In this document: in pieces, positions 8,303 through 18,299 of the stretch
Position numbering within the stretch: the first letter of the stretch is position 1
Layout: each line of letters begins with the position of its first letter
NCBI GenBank assembly: GCA_030248825.1
Contig: JARCMB010000494.1
Location: 1 to 24,594, forward strand
Direction: 5' to 3'
DNA from: Pseudanabaenaceae cyanobacterium MP8IB2.15
Lineage (GTDB): Bacteria; Cyanobacteriota; Cyanobacteriia; Pseudanabaenales; Pseudanabaenaceae
Length of the DNA: 24,594 bases
The notes under the pieces: model-generated
What the model saw: the letters and a program-made list of their open reading frames with translations, nothing else
Told to the model about the DNA's origin: nothing
The model's database searches: none
Translations under genes and position numbers: made by a program

Positions 8303-8686
8303 ATGGCTAAAATCAAACAACCTGTAATGCTCACTGGTGAAGCTCTATTGCAAAAAGTTAAAGAACTAGAGCATCTATCGAAGGAAGATAAAGCAAAAGC
8401 CTGTGGCTATTCTACTGTGACCAAAAATGGACAAGATCGTGTCAACCTGATGAAGTTTTACAACTCGATCATGGATGCAACTGGTGGGAACTTAGACTCT
8501 AAAGGTGTCGGGAGAGGTGGACGCAGTGCTAGTTACCGTGTTAGTGTCCAACGTAATGGCAATCTTTTAATTGGCTCGGCTTACACTAATCAGATGGGTT
8601 TAAAACCTGGTGATGAACTGGAAATTAGATTAGGTCGTAAACATATTCATCTCAGACAAATTGATGATGACGAAGCTGAATCCTAG
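8303..8686 (+). CDS. cyAbrB transcriptional regulator (AbrB-like, resembles the CalB/cyAbrB2 clade); ATG 8303 preferred over TTG 8279
   Basis: LTGEALLQKVKEL..LSKEDKAKACGY and GRGGRSASYRVSVQRNGNLLIGSAYT.QMGLKPGDE motifs. Confidence 0.92.
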   Translation: MAKIKQPVMLTGEALLQKVKELEHLSKEDKAKACGYSTVTKNGQDRVNLMKFYNSIMDATGGNLDSKGVGRGGRSASYRVSVQRNGNLLIGSAYTNQMGLKPGDELEIRLGRKHIHLRQIDDDEAES

Positions 8687-8713
8687 GAGATTTCCTTTAA
8701 AGCATCTACCTAA

Positions 8714-8801
8714 CCCCCCTGCCCCCACTTCGACAAGCTCAGTGCATCGCAATTCTGGGGGTTCTGAAAGTCAAAGTTCCCAAAATTGGGGATTTAGGGG
8801 C
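8714..8801. repeat. Composite small dispersed repeat: double-hairpin CCCCCA-ATT-CTGGGGG-type element with a 23-nt insert
   Basis: CCCCCCTGCCCCCA[CTTCGACAAGCTCAGTGCATCGC]AATTCTGGGGG...AAAGTTCCCAAAATTGGGGATTTAGGGGC. Both parts resemble intergenic repeats I recall from cyanobacterial genomes. Confidence 0.65.
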
Positions 8802-8863
8802 TCTTCAGAATGGGTAATTTTTTCACCAGAACCCCCTAGTGATTGAATTAACAAAAAATTAAT

Positions 8864-8897
8864 AAAAAACCCCGACTTCTTAAAGAGTCGGGGTTTT
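8864..8897. terminator. Bidirectional intrinsic terminator between cyAbrB and the FecR-domain gene
   Basis: AAAACCCCGACT-TCTTAAAG-AGTCGGGGTTTT with A/T tails on both sides, lying between convergent genes. Confidence 0.85.
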
Positions 8898-8920
8898 CAA
8901 CTTTTACGTTTTACAGACAA

Positions 8921-10417
8921 TTACTTTCTTCTAAAGTTAAGAATTTGCCGTGTGACATCGTAGACGGAAGTACCACGAGAATCGACCTTGACTGGCTGGA
9001 CTAACTGTCGCGGTAAAGCAGTTATGGTTGAATCTAGATCGTCTGGATTGAACTCAAGATCTCGATCGACAAATCCCCGTGACATCGTTGGCGGATAGAT
9101 GGCATTACGCGGTGGAGTTTGCAATCCTGAAAAATTGAATGCTCTGAGTTCAAAATCCTGAATACTTGGCTGGAAGGTTACAGTTGGACGATCTGCGCGA
9201 TCGATCAGTTGACTGAAGTAGTCATAGACTGGTACGCCTCGATCGATCACACCGTTTCGATCGGCATCAATACCTACAACTGTGCGAACTGTACCGTAGA
9301 GGTTTGAGTTTTCAGGCAGGACAATGCTAACGGCGGCATTATCTTCTAATAACTCAAACTCGCTATAACCAATCAGACGATCTTGTGGTGTAAATAATCT
9401 GACGACAATTCGATCGCTTGGATTAAGCCCCCGAATGAACTGCGCTTTTTTATTGATCGGATAGAGATAGTCACCCGCAAATCGTTCTGACAAGTAGCCA
9501 TTGGCACGTCTGGACTTGAGTGTAACTCGCGCAATCACTTGGGAGAGTTGGGGGCGATCTTGCAAGATCGCCAAGCTAAAGTGACCGCGTAAAGGGTTGA
9601 GTACAGGATTGTTGAGTATTGGACTATTGAGTGCAGATCTGAGTGGGAAACGTGCGCCTGGGAAGCGGCGATTAAATGTCCGCTCAATGCGGTCTAAATT
9701 GCGTAAATCATCTCGATAGCCTCTAACCAAAGAACCTGTGAGGATGCCCTCATATTCAGATTGTGGCATATCTAGGACTTGTGGCAAAACTCGACCGTTT
9801 CTTGCCCGTAGCTTTTGTCCGCCACGAATGGTGAATCGATCGCGACTGCCCCTAGAGTTATCGCTAGCTTCGACTTCGCCTTCAAGCACTCTCAGTTGTT
9901 CTTCGCCTTGGTCATCTATTTCTAAAACATAGGTGGTACCTCGCACCGCCGCAGTGATGGTCGAAGTACAAGCAGAAGCTGCACCGTTAATTAAAACGCT
10001 ACCCCTCTCTAATTGTGCGCCACACTGCCCAACCGTCATCAATGAGTTGCGACTTAGCCGTGCAATTGCCTTGTTGTTGAACTGTATTTGAGCGCGGGCT
10101 TGTCCTGTACGAACTTGCTCATTGGATCTGGCGGTGTCATTGACTTGCGCTTGCCGATTTTGGATATAAACCTGACTGCCTTCCAAAATCTCAGTAATTT
10201 TTGCTTGGGTAATTGACCTGACTTGAGCTTGACTAGCAGCGTGATGCAGACTGAGGATGAGGATTAAACTGGTAAAAAAATATAAACAAACAAGCCAAGA
10301 TCGCCTGAATTTACGGAATTGCAGAGCCTTGGGAAATGTCTGGAGGAATGGCATAGACTTTCGCTGATCCTGATAAACTTCTACTAGGTTGCCCAGATTT
10401 GCTTGGATCGAACACAT
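8921..10417 (-). CDS. FecR-domain exported/membrane protein with an uncharacterised C-terminal domain; true start may be the ATG at 10354
   Basis: Hydrophobic N-terminal segment, then FecR-like VRTGQARAQIQF...RL..NS...AAVRGTTYV..LRVLEGEV. Confidence 0.75.
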   Translation of the reverse strand: MCSIQANLGNLVEVYQDQRKSMPFLQTFPKALQFRKFRRSWLVCLYFFTSLILILSLHHAASQAQVRSITQAKITEILEGSQVYIQNRQAQVNDTARSNEQVRTGQARAQIQFNNKAIARLSRNSLMTVGQCGAQLERGSVLINGAASACTSTITAAVRGTTYVLEIDDQGEEQLRVLEGEVEASDNSRGSRDRFTIRGGQKLRARNGRVLPQVLDMPQSEYEGILTGSLVRGYRDDLRNLDRIERTFNRRFPGARFPLRSALNSPILNNPVLNPLRGHFSLAILQDRPQLSQVIARVTLKSRRANGYLSERFAGDYLYPINKKAQFIRGLNPSDRIVVRLFTPQDRLIGYSEFELLEDNAAVSIVLPENSNLYGTVRTVVGIDADRNGVIDRGVPVYDYFSQLIDRADRPTVTFQPSIQDFELRAFNFSGLQTPPRNAIYPPTMSRGFVDRDLEFNPDDLDSTITALPRQLVQPVKVDSRGTSVYDVTRQILNFRRK

Positions 10418-10455
10418 AATCTGTCAGGATTTATGGCGTATCACTATTTCGATCG

Positions 10456-11022
10456 CTAAACAGGTGGAAGTAGATCGGATACAGGTAGATTGAAAGCAGG
10501 AAATGCCAGAGGAGAAATCATCTCACCGTCAATTAGAACTTGCTGCACTTGATAACCTTCTCGACTTGGCAATCTAAAAACATATAATCTGCGATTGCTT
10601 AGATCTAAAACCCAATAGTCATTAATTCCCGCTTGGGCGTAGAGTTGGGCTTTAAATTCGCAATCTTGTCGCAGCGTTGTGTCTGAGATCTCAATAATTA
10701 GATAGACTTCGGCTGGCGTGGGATGATGTTCGGCATAAAACAGGGGATCTGGGACAACAACCGCAATATCTGGTTCTGGTTCGGAGTAATTATCCAATCG
10801 AATTGGGTCTTGTGTTCGCACCAACACTCGATCGACTAAAGCATTTTCTAAATATTTTTCTAGACGCTTGTTTGTTGAGGTGTGTCGTGTTCCTTTCACT
10901 TGTTTTTTGACAATTTGACCCGCTAGAAGTTCGACCTTTTCATCAGGATTGAGAATACCAACTTCACCCATGCGATGGTATTCCACAACCGATATTAAGC
11001 GTAGATCCAGTGCTAGCGTCAT
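10456..11022 (-). CDS. Uma2 family (DUF820) PD-(D/E)xK-like endonuclease-fold protein
   Basis: EYHRM.E.GIL..DEKVELL.G, SEPEPDIAVV, LIIEISDTTL..D...KAQLYAQAGI.DYWVLDL. Confidence 0.92.
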   Translation of the reverse strand: MTLALDLRLISVVEYHRMGEVGILNPDEKVELLAGQIVKKQVKGTRHTSTNKRLEKYLENALVDRVLVRTQDPIRLDNYSEPEPDIAVVVPDPLFYAEHHPTPAEVYLIIEISDTTLRQDCEFKAQLYAQAGINDYWVLDLSNRRLYVFRLPSREGYQVQQVLIDGEMISPLAFPAFNLPVSDLLPPV

Positions 11023-11305
11023 ATTGAAGGAATTTTAGTTAGTTTAGCGTTCGTGGGAATAATTGTACCAAAGTTGCTTGAGTCGATCGATTGAGTTGAA
11101 GCTTCTAGAGAATAACGCTCTAGTCTTCAAACAAAAAACTTTAATTATTTCTAGAACTGTTGCCCTATGCTGGTTAGCGTTGCAAAAAGTGGATAAGCTA
11201 AGTTTGAAATTTCACCAATTTGTAATTAAACATTGTATATAGGTTAAAGAGGGTATACACTTCCCCTCGATTCCCAGTTCGTATTTGAACGTCACTCCCA
11301 GAGCT

Positions 11306-14053
11306 ATGCCAACCCTTGTTATCGTTGAGTCACCCACTAAAGCCCGTACTATTCGCAACTTCTTACCTTCGGGCTATCAGGTCGAAGCTTCGATGGGACA
11401 TGTGCGAGATTTACCACAGTCTGCTAGTGATATTCCTGCCAATGTCAAGGCGGAGGAATGGTCACGGCTGGGCGTAAATGTCGAGGCTGACTTCGAGCCA
11501 CTCTATATTATTCCCGAAGACAAAAAGAAGGTGGTGCGAGAACTAAAAGCCGCGCTCAAAGGTGCGACTGAGCTAATTCTGGCAACTGACGAAGATCGTG
11601 AAGGCGAGAGTATTTCATGGCATTTATTGCAGATCTTGCAGCCCAAAGTCCCGACTAAGCGCATGGTGTTTCATGAGATCACCGCCGAGGCAATTCGAGG
11701 GGCGTTGTCCAACTGCCGTGATATCGATGAGAAGCTAGTCCACGCTCAGGAAACTCGACGGATTTTGGATCGACTGGTGGGCTATACACTTTCGCCATTG
11801 CTGTGGAAAAAAGTGATGCCCAGACTGTCGGCGGGGCGAGTCCAGTCGGTAGCAGTGAAGCTATTAGTCAATCGTGAACAGTTGCGTCGCGCCTTTCGAT
11901 CGGGCAGCTATTGGGATCTGAAGGCGATGTTATTTGCGCCAAATCAACAGTTTCCGTCGCAATTGGTGAGTTTAGGTGGCAGAAGTTTAGCGACTGGCAA
12001 AGATTTTGATGATGCCACAGGGCAGATTATCAGTGGTCGTAATGTTTTGCTACTGGATGAGGCAGCTTCGATCGAATTAACCGAACGCCTAGCAGGAAAA
12101 GTCTGGACGGTCACCAAGCAAGAAGAAAAGCCCAGTACCCGTAAACCTTCCCCCCCATTTACGACTTCGACTCTGCAACAAGAGGCTAATCGCAAGCTGC
12201 GGCTGTCAGCACGGGACACCATGCGAACCGCCCAAGCATTGTACGAACAGGGTTACATCACTTATATGCGGACTGATTCCGTGCATCTATCGCAACAGGC
12301 CATCGTGGCGGCACGGAGTTGTGTAGAAAGTATGTATGGTAGTCAATACCTCAGCCCCCAGCCCCGCCAGTATGCCACCAAGTCCAAAGGCGCACAAGAG
12401 GCCCACGAAGCGATTCGACCTGCGGGGGAAAGTTTTCGTACGCCACAGCAAACTGGGCTGAGTGGTCGCGAACTCCAACTTTACGATCTTGTCTGGAAAC
12501 GTACTGTCGCTTCACAGATGGCAGATGCTCAGCAAACCATGATTACTGTGCAGACTCAGGTCGAGGACGCGCTATTTCGATCTTCGGGTAAGCGGATTGA
12601 CTTCCCAGGATTCTTTCGCGCTTATGTTGAAGGCTCTGACGATCCGACTGCTGCCTTAGAAGGACAAGAAGTGGTATTGCCGCGTCTTGCCGTGGGCGAT
12701 CATCCACGTTGCGATCGACTCCAGCCGATCGGTCACGAAACCCAGCCACCTGCAAGATTCACTGAAGCTTCTCTGGTCAAGATGCTAGAAAGTGAGGGGA
12801 TCGGTCGTCCTAGCACCTATGCCAGCATTATCGGCACAATTTGCGATCGAGGCTATGCTCAACTGGTACAAAATACGCTTACCCCTACCTTTACAGCCTT
12901 TGCGGTGACGGCTTTATTAGAGGAGCATTTCCCCAATTTAGTCGATACTAGCTTCACTTCCAAGATGGAACAAACCCTAGATGACATTTCCACAGGAACG
13001 GTGGAGTGGCTGCCATACCTACGCAGTTTCTATTCGGGCGAGTCGGGTTTGGATCAGCAAGTCAAAGATCGATTTAGCCAGATCGATCCCGACGCAGCAA
13101 AGACAGTTCTATTAGAAGGTTTAGGCGATGTCAAGGTCAAGATTGGTCGATTCGGCCCCTACATTCAGATTGGGGAAGGTGATAGTGCGGTTTCAGCTTC
13201 GATTCCACTCGATCTGACTCCTGCCGATCTCGTCCCCGAAAAAATTGAGGTAATCCTCAAGCAAAAGCTGGAAGGACCCGACCAGTTAGGCAATCATCCT
13301 GAGACGGGTGAGACGATATTTGTATTGATCGGACAGTATGGGCCTTATGTCCAACTAGGAGCCGCTACTACCGAAAATCCTAAACCGAAGCGGGCTTCTC
13401 TGCCCAAAGGCATGACTTCAGAGCAGATCACTTTGACCAAGGCAGTAGAATTACTCCAATTACCGCGCCATCTAGGTGAACATCCTGTAAGTGGCAAGAA
13501 GGTGCAGGCAAATATGGGACGATTTGGCCCCTATGTTGTTCACGATCGAGGCAAGGACGGCAAAGACTATCGATCGCTTAAAGGTGATGATAATCCCTAC
13601 ACGGTTTCGCTCGAACGCGCGCTCGAACTGCTATCTCAGCCCAAAGTTGTACGCGGTGCATCTTTAGTCCGCTCTCTGGGTGGACATCCTGCAGATGAGC
13701 AACCTGTAGAAATCTACAAAGGTAAATATGGACCCTATGTCAAGCATGGCAAAGTGAATGTGTCGTTGCCTAAGGAGCAGTCACCCGATGACTTCACCCT
13801 AGAGGCGGCGATCGAACTGCTAGCTACCAAAGAACCCGCAAAATCCAGTGCAAAAAAAAGTACTAGTCGATCGACTAAATCAACTAGTACGGCAAAGACA
13901 ACCACAAAGACAACCAAGTCTGCGGCGAAGACAACGACAAAAAAGGCGACTACTACAAAAACAACTGCAACCAAGGAACCAGCTAAATCAGTAGCAAAGA
14001 AAACCACAACTACCCGTAAAACTAAGACTCCTGTGGAGCTTGTAGAAAATTAG
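11306..14053 (+). CDS. topA: DNA topoisomerase I (type IA) with Topo-C repeats and a basic tail; ATG 11306 preferred over TTG 11285
   Basis: [32 protein letters not shown], active site [10 protein letters not shown] and [10 protein letters not shown]-terminal GRFGPY/GKYGPY repeats, with no Cys zinc ribbons seen. Confidence 0.97.
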   Translation: MPTLVIVESPTKARTIRNFLPSGYQVEASMGHVRDLPQSASDIPANVKAEEWSRLGVNVEADFEPLYIIPEDKKKVVRELKAALKGATELILATDEDREGESISWHLLQILQPKVPTKRMVFHEITAEAIRGALSNCRDIDEKLVHAQETRRILDRLVGYTLSPLLWKKVMPRLSAGRVQSVAVKLLVNREQLRRAFRSGSYWDLKAMLFAPNQQFPSQLVSLGGRSLATGKDFDDATGQIISGRNVLLLDEAASIELTERLAGKVWTVTKQEEKPSTRKPSPPFTTSTLQQEANRKLRLSARDTMRTAQALYEQGYITYMRTDSVHLSQQAIVAARSCVESMYGSQYLSPQPRQYATKSKGAQEAHEAIRPAGESFRTPQQTGLSGRELQLYDLVWKRTVASQMADAQQTMITVQTQVEDALFRSSGKRIDFPGFFRAYVEGSDDPTAALEGQEVVLPRLAVGDHPRCDRLQPIGHETQPPARFTEASLVKMLESEGIGRPSTYASIIGTICDRGYAQLVQNTLTPTFTAFAVTALLEEHFPNLVDTSFTSKMEQTLDDISTGTVEWLPYLRSFYSGESGLDQQVKDRFSQIDPDAAKTVLLEGLGDVKVKIGRFGPYIQIGEGDSAVSASIPLDLTPADLVPEKIEVILKQKLEGPDQLGNHPETGETIFVLIGQYGPYVQLGAATTENPKPKRASLPKGMTSEQITLTKAVELLQLPRHLGEHPVSGKKVQANMGRFGPYVVHDRGKDGKDYRSLKGDDNPYTVSLERALELLSQPKVVRGASLVRSLGGHPADEQPVEIYKGKYGPYVKHGKVNVSLPKEQSPDDFTLEAAIELLATKEPAKSSAKKSTSRSTKSTSTAKTTTKTTKSAAKTTTKKATTTKTTATKEPAKSVAKKTTTTRKTKTPVELVEN

Positions 14054-15354
14054 CTGATTTGGGATAATACGGCGCGAACTGCTTCTAATGTGGCAGCAAT
14101 TTCAGCATCACCATGTGCTAGAGATGTAAAACCTGCCTCATATTGCGACGGAGCAAGGTAAACTCCATGCTCCAACATGCCGCGATGGAAGCGGCTGAAC
14201 TTATTCAAATCGCTGGTCTTGGCATCCTCAAAGCTGTAAACCTGCTGGGCAGTGAAGAACATGCCAAACATCGCACCGATTTGATTGCCCGTGGCAGCAT
14301 GTCCTGCCTCATGCGCGATCGATAACATACCATCAGCAAGTTTTTTGGTCGCGGCATCAAGTTGGGCGTAAGTACCATCACGTCTGAGGATTTCCAGAGT
14401 TTTAATCCCCGCCGTCATTGCTAGGGGATTCCCTGACAAAGTTCCAGCTTGATACATCGGCCCAGCAGGAGCAACCATCTCCATGATTTCGCGTCTGCCG
14501 CCGTAAGCACCTACAGGTAAGCCACCGCCAATGATTTTACCCAAGCAGGTGAGGTCAGGTGTAATCCCAAATCTTTCCTGTGCGCCACCATACGCGAGCC
14601 GAAATCCTGTCATCACTTCGTCAAACACTAAAAGCGCACCATTTGCCTTGGCGATCGACTGTAATCCTGCTAAAAATCCTGGCTTGGGCAAAATACAGCC
14701 AGCATTACCCACTACAGGCTCGATGATGATGCCTGAGATCTGGTCTTTATTGGCATCGAATAGAGCTTGGACGGCGGCTAAATCGTTGTACGGAGCCGTG
14801 AGTGTGTTCGCTGTGGTGGACTTGGGTACGCCAGGGGAATCGGGTAATCCCAATGTCGCCACGCCCGAACCTGCTTGCACGAGGAACATATCAGCATGAC
14901 CGTGATAGCAGCCCTCGAATTTGATGATTTTATCGCGACCTGTAAAAGCCCGCATTAAACGCAGCACGGACATACAGGCTTCGGTGCCAGAGTTGACGAA
15001 CCGCACCATTTCGATGCTTGGCACGGCATCAATTACCATTTCGGCAAGTTGATTTTCTAACACACAGGGCGCACCGAAACTAGTACCTTTTTCTAGAGCT
15101 TTGTGCAGGGCTTCGATCACTTCAGGATGGGCATGACCGACGATCGCAGGGCCCCAAGTCCCAACATAGTCAATGTAGCGATTGCCATCAACATCCCAGG
15201 CATAAGCTCCCTCTACTCGATCGAACACAATGGGTTCACCGCCGACCGATTTGAACGCCCGCACAGGAGAGCTGACTCCGCCAGGCATTAAGTTCTTGGC
15301 TTGACTAAATATTTGCTGAGATTTACTGGTATTAAAAGGAATTTGGGCAACCAT
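14050..15354 (-). CDS. hemL: Glutamate-1-semialdehyde 2,1-aminomutase
   Basis: [35 protein letters not shown] and PLP lysine in [15 protein letters not shown]. Confidence 0.98.
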   Translation of the reverse strand: MVAQIPFNTSKSQQIFSQAKNLMPGGVSSPVRAFKSVGGEPIVFDRVEGAYAWDVDGNRYIDYVGTWGPAIVGHAHPEVIEALHKALEKGTSFGAPCVLENQLAEMVIDAVPSIEMVRFVNSGTEACMSVLRLMRAFTGRDKIIKFEGCYHGHADMFLVQAGSGVATLGLPDSPGVPKSTTANTLTAPYNDLAAVQALFDANKDQISGIIIEPVVGNAGCILPKPGFLAGLQSIAKANGALLVFDEVMTGFRLAYGGAQERFGITPDLTCLGKIIGGGLPVGAYGGRREIMEMVAPAGPMYQAGTLSGNPLAMTAGIKTLEILRRDGTYAQLDAATKKLADGMLSIAHEAGHAATGNQIGAMFGMFFTAQQVYSFEDAKTSDLNKFSRFHRGMLEHGVYLAPSQYEAGFTSLAHGDAEIAATLEAVRAVLSQIS

Positions 15355-15458
15355 AGTCTAATTACTAAACATTGATAATTTTCTACTTTTGCCAATCTAA
15401 CTCAATGCGATCGCAAATTGGGGTAAAACTTCCAGTTTCTTAACTTGCTAAGTTCTGA

Positions 15459-16376
15459 CTATGGCAACTCCACAGAAGTCGGTTTAGAAACATGTGGCAA
15501 GCCCCAGCCTAATTTTTCGCGCAGAACTTGGAAAAACTCGCCTTTCTGAAGACGGATAAATCTGGCAGGATATGGCGATCGAATGATTTTGATCTGGTAA
15601 TCGGGGTAGATATAGCAACCAGCATTACCATCAACCACCATGACCAAACGGTGTGAGTTTGCAGGCTTGACGATCACGGTTTCAGTGTTAGCGAATACTA
15701 AGGCTCGTGATGCCATTGAGTGCGGGCAGATTGGGACGAGTTGCCAGACAGGAATCCCAGGCTCAATTACTGGGCCACCCGCCGAGAGCGCATAGGCAGT
15801 GGAACCTGTGGGCGTGGAGATAATCACACCGTCGGCGGCAACATCGACCGCAGAGTGTCGCCCAATCGTAATTTCAAAATGGCACATACTGGTGAGTGGT
15901 TCGCGATGAATCACCATCTCATTCAAAGACAGAGCTTCCCACAGCAGTTTTTTCGCGCTATAAACCTGCACCGTCATCATCGATCGCTGCTCTACGATAT
16001 AGTCTCCCGCGATCGCCTGAGTCAGAGCGTCTTCCCACTGCATCAAATAGGCTTCGGTCAAGAAACCCATATGCCCTGTGTTAATTGCTAACAGAGGAAT
16101 GCCGCAAGGCGCAATCTGCCGAAATGATGACAACACTGTGCCATCGCCGCCCAGAGCCACGGCAAACTTGAGAGTTCGATCGAATCCATCTGGTACGAGG
16201 CTTTCGATCGGAGTATGGCGAATTGGGACTCCAGGTTCGTCACAACCCAAAATTCCACCCATCCCACTTGTCAATACCGCTTGCCATCCCCGTTTGTCCA
16301 GCCAATTCTGGATCTCTTCGGCGGCACGTTGAGCGATTGGCTTTGAGTCATTAACAATGATGCCGACTTTAGGCAC
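15459..16376 (-). CDS. nadK: NAD(+) kinase
   Basis: [18 protein letters not shown] and [21 protein letters not shown] motifs; GTG start. Confidence 0.95.
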   Translation of the reverse strand: MPKVGIIVNDSKPIAQRAAEEIQNWLDKRGWQAVLTSGMGGILGCDEPGVPIRHTPIESLVPDGFDRTLKFAVALGGDGTVLSSFRQIAPCGIPLLAINTGHMGFLTEAYLMQWEDALTQAIAGDYIVEQRSMMTVQVYSAKKLLWEALSLNEMVIHREPLTSMCHFEITIGRHSAVDVAADGVIISTPTGSTAYALSAGGPVIEPGIPVWQLVPICPHSMASRALVFANTETVIVKPANSHRLVMVVDGNAGCYIYPDYQIKIIRSPYPARFIRLQKGEFFQVLREKLGWGLPHVSKPTSVELP

Positions 16377-16501
16377 GTTTAGAAACCACCTGGGTTATCA
16401 ATGGATAATTAGAGTCTGGAATATCCCGTAATTATATGACTGGAATGAGACTATAAGCTTGCACTTGAATCATGCTGAAGTCAATCGCCAAAAATGCCTA
16501 C

Positions 16502-17650
16502 TTATAGAGCTTTTGCTAAGGTTTGATACTCCTCAGCTTCATTGTATGCCTGTGCTGACACTCGTACCCAAAGCTTGTGACCAAAAGGAATAATTGGCAC
16601 TTCAATCCGATAGTTTGACCAAAGGAAATTATGTACTTTTTTGCAGTCCCAGTCAGGATTTTGGTCGAGTATTCGATCGGGAATCTCGATCGTTGCCATT
16701 GCTCCTAACATGGTCAGAGGTGCGGGTAATGCTCGATTCCAAGTCTCGGCTAGCATTTGTACTGCCAACACTGCTAGATCGTGGTTGCGAGTTCTGAGAT
16801 TTTCACCTAGTTCTTGATGGAAATCGATCGAATCGGTCACAGCTAACCAAGCACTCCAGTCGCGGGTTCCCACCCAGTCAAATTCGGCGATGAAGCCATC
16901 CCCATAGCCATGCGAAATTACCACAGGATGGAGATCGGCTTGACGATCTGGGGCTGCCCACAAAAAGCCACAACCTTTGGGTGTAAATAACCATTTATGA
17001 CAGTTGCCTGCGTACCAATCTGCACCTAGCTCTGTGAGATTCAGATCCAACATGCCTGGGGCGTGAGCACCATCAACCAAAACGGGAATGCCATACGATC
17101 GAGCCAGAGCTGTAATTTTGGCGATCGGCAAAACTAATGCCGTGGGCGAAGTAACGTGATCGACAACCAGCAGCTTCACCTTGGGATTCACCTTGGGATT
17201 CAGCAAGTCGGCAATCGCCGCCACAACCTCATCTTCATCCTGAAGTGGAAATGGCACTTTTGCTTCGACTAAAATTGCGCCAGTTCGATCGCACACATAC
17301 GAGAGCGCCTTTCGCACTGCTCCATAAACGTGATCGGTCGCCACGATTCGATCGCCTGGCGAGAATGAGATCGATCGAACCACCGCATTAATTCCCGCCG
17401 TGGCATTCTCAACAAACACCAGATCTTCACCCTGCGCGCCAATAAATTTCGCCAGATCGGCAGCAGCAGCCCTCAGGCTCGGTGATAATTCATGCTCCAC
17501 AAATCTGATTGGTTGTGCTTCAATCTTCGATCGCCATCGATCCTGAGCCGCTCGCACCACATGCGGCATCGCGCCAAACGAACCGTGATTGAGAAAGATA
17601 CAATCCTGCTCAATCATCCATTTATGTCGGATCGATCGACCGAAATTCAT
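16502..17650 (-). CDS. Class V PLP-dependent enzyme (isopenicillin-N epimerase / L-cysteine desulfhydrase / Egt2-like C-S lyase subfamily)
   Basis: FLNHGSFGA, ENAT, DHVTSPTA, VDGAHAPG and PLP lysine in GNCHKW...KG.GFL; GTRD motif. Confidence 0.85.
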   Translation of the reverse strand: MNFGRSIRHKWMIEQDCIFLNHGSFGAMPHVVRAAQDRWRSKIEAQPIRFVEHELSPSLRAAAADLAKFIGAQGEDLVFVENATAGINAVVRSISFSPGDRIVATDHVYGAVRKALSYVCDRTGAILVEAKVPFPLQDEDEVVAAIADLLNPKVNPKVKLLVVDHVTSPTALVLPIAKITALARSYGIPVLVDGAHAPGMLDLNLTELGADWYAGNCHKWLFTPKGCGFLWAAPDRQADLHPVVISHGYGDGFIAEFDWVGTRDWSAWLAVTDSIDFHQELGENLRTRNHDLAVLAVQMLAETWNRALPAPLTMLGAMATIEIPDRILDQNPDWDCKKVHNFLWSNYRIEVPIIPFGHKLWVRVSAQAYNEAEEYQTLAKAL

Positions 17651-17652
17651 GT

Positions 17653-18198
17653 TTAACTACGGCGATGGGTGACTTGATCGGCAGCATCGCTAAAGCTCGG
17701 CGGAATATCTGCACCAGTCAGCACAATATCGACATAATCAGGACGGCGTTGTAATGTTTCCAGCACTTCTGATTCTGGAATCAAGCCAAGCTGCACCGCC
17801 AAGTTGAGTTCATCTAAAACAAATAGGCTATAACTACCTGAATCGATCGAATCTCTGGTATGTGCCCACAGGTCAAGAATGGCTTGAGTTTCAGCCTCAC
17901 TCAGACTAGGTGACTGGCTGTCAATATTTCGATCGAGATCGCAACGCAACCACACGAGATTCTGCGCTAACCGTCTGGGTCGATCGACACCTTGATTAAT
18001 GCCGCCCTGAAAAAACTGCACCACCAAAACCTGCTTACCTTGTACCGCAACGTGCAAAGCCTGAACGATCGAATCAGCATAAAAGCTACGTTGAGGGGCG
18101 GTGAATACCTGCATGGTTCCCTTCGATCGCGTTACTGGCAGGTGAGTCACTTTGGCGATTTTGTCCTTGGTTGGGGTGTAGTCGATTTGAGCTACCAT
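17653..18198 (-). CDS. CobA/BtuR (corrinoid adenosyltransferase)-like protein with a degenerate P-loop
   Basis: VLVVQF..GG, LFVLDELNLAV.LGLI and DIVLTG motifs are retained, but GNGKGKT is replaced by TAPQRSFY. Confidence 0.75.
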   Translation of the reverse strand: MVAQIDYTPTKDKIAKVTHLPVTRSKGTMQVFTAPQRSFYADSIVQALHVAVQGKQVLVVQFFQGGINQGVDRPRRLAQNLVWLRCDLDRNIDSQSPSLSEAETQAILDLWAHTRDSIDSGSYSLFVLDELNLAVQLGLIPESEVLETLQRRPDYVDIVLTGADIPPSFSDAADQVTHRRS

Positions 18199-18299
18199 AT
18201 AAGTCTAGTGCCTAAAAGCTTTATTGACTTCTATCAAACACTAGATATAGTCATACGTCAAGAAAGTGATTTGTTCTTTTAGATCTGTTATTTTAGAAA

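Noticed and set aside
8661-8846. 61-aa ORF overlapping the cyAbrB stop
   Set aside because: It is a Pro/Ser-rich read-through of the G/C-run repeat element and is better explained as non-coding repeat.
10456-11022. Uma2 nuclease as a possible defence or toxin system
   Set aside because: Uma2/DUF820 genes are a large, scattered cyanobacterial family. It is solitary here with no partner gene.
11098-11128. Imperfect hairpin (CTAGAG-N7-CTCTAG) in the Uma2/topA intergenic region
   Set aside because: There is no downstream U-tract on either strand, so it is not called a terminator and no other role is supportable.
11944-14007. Minus-strand ORFs inside topA, including the Val-rich 13735..14007
   Set aside because: Antisense shadows. 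The hydrophobic 'membrane' look is just the complement of the Thr/Lys tail codons.
14143-16797. Short ORFs opposite or out of frame with hemL, nadK and the PLP enzyme
   Set aside because: Shadow ORFs of conserved genes.
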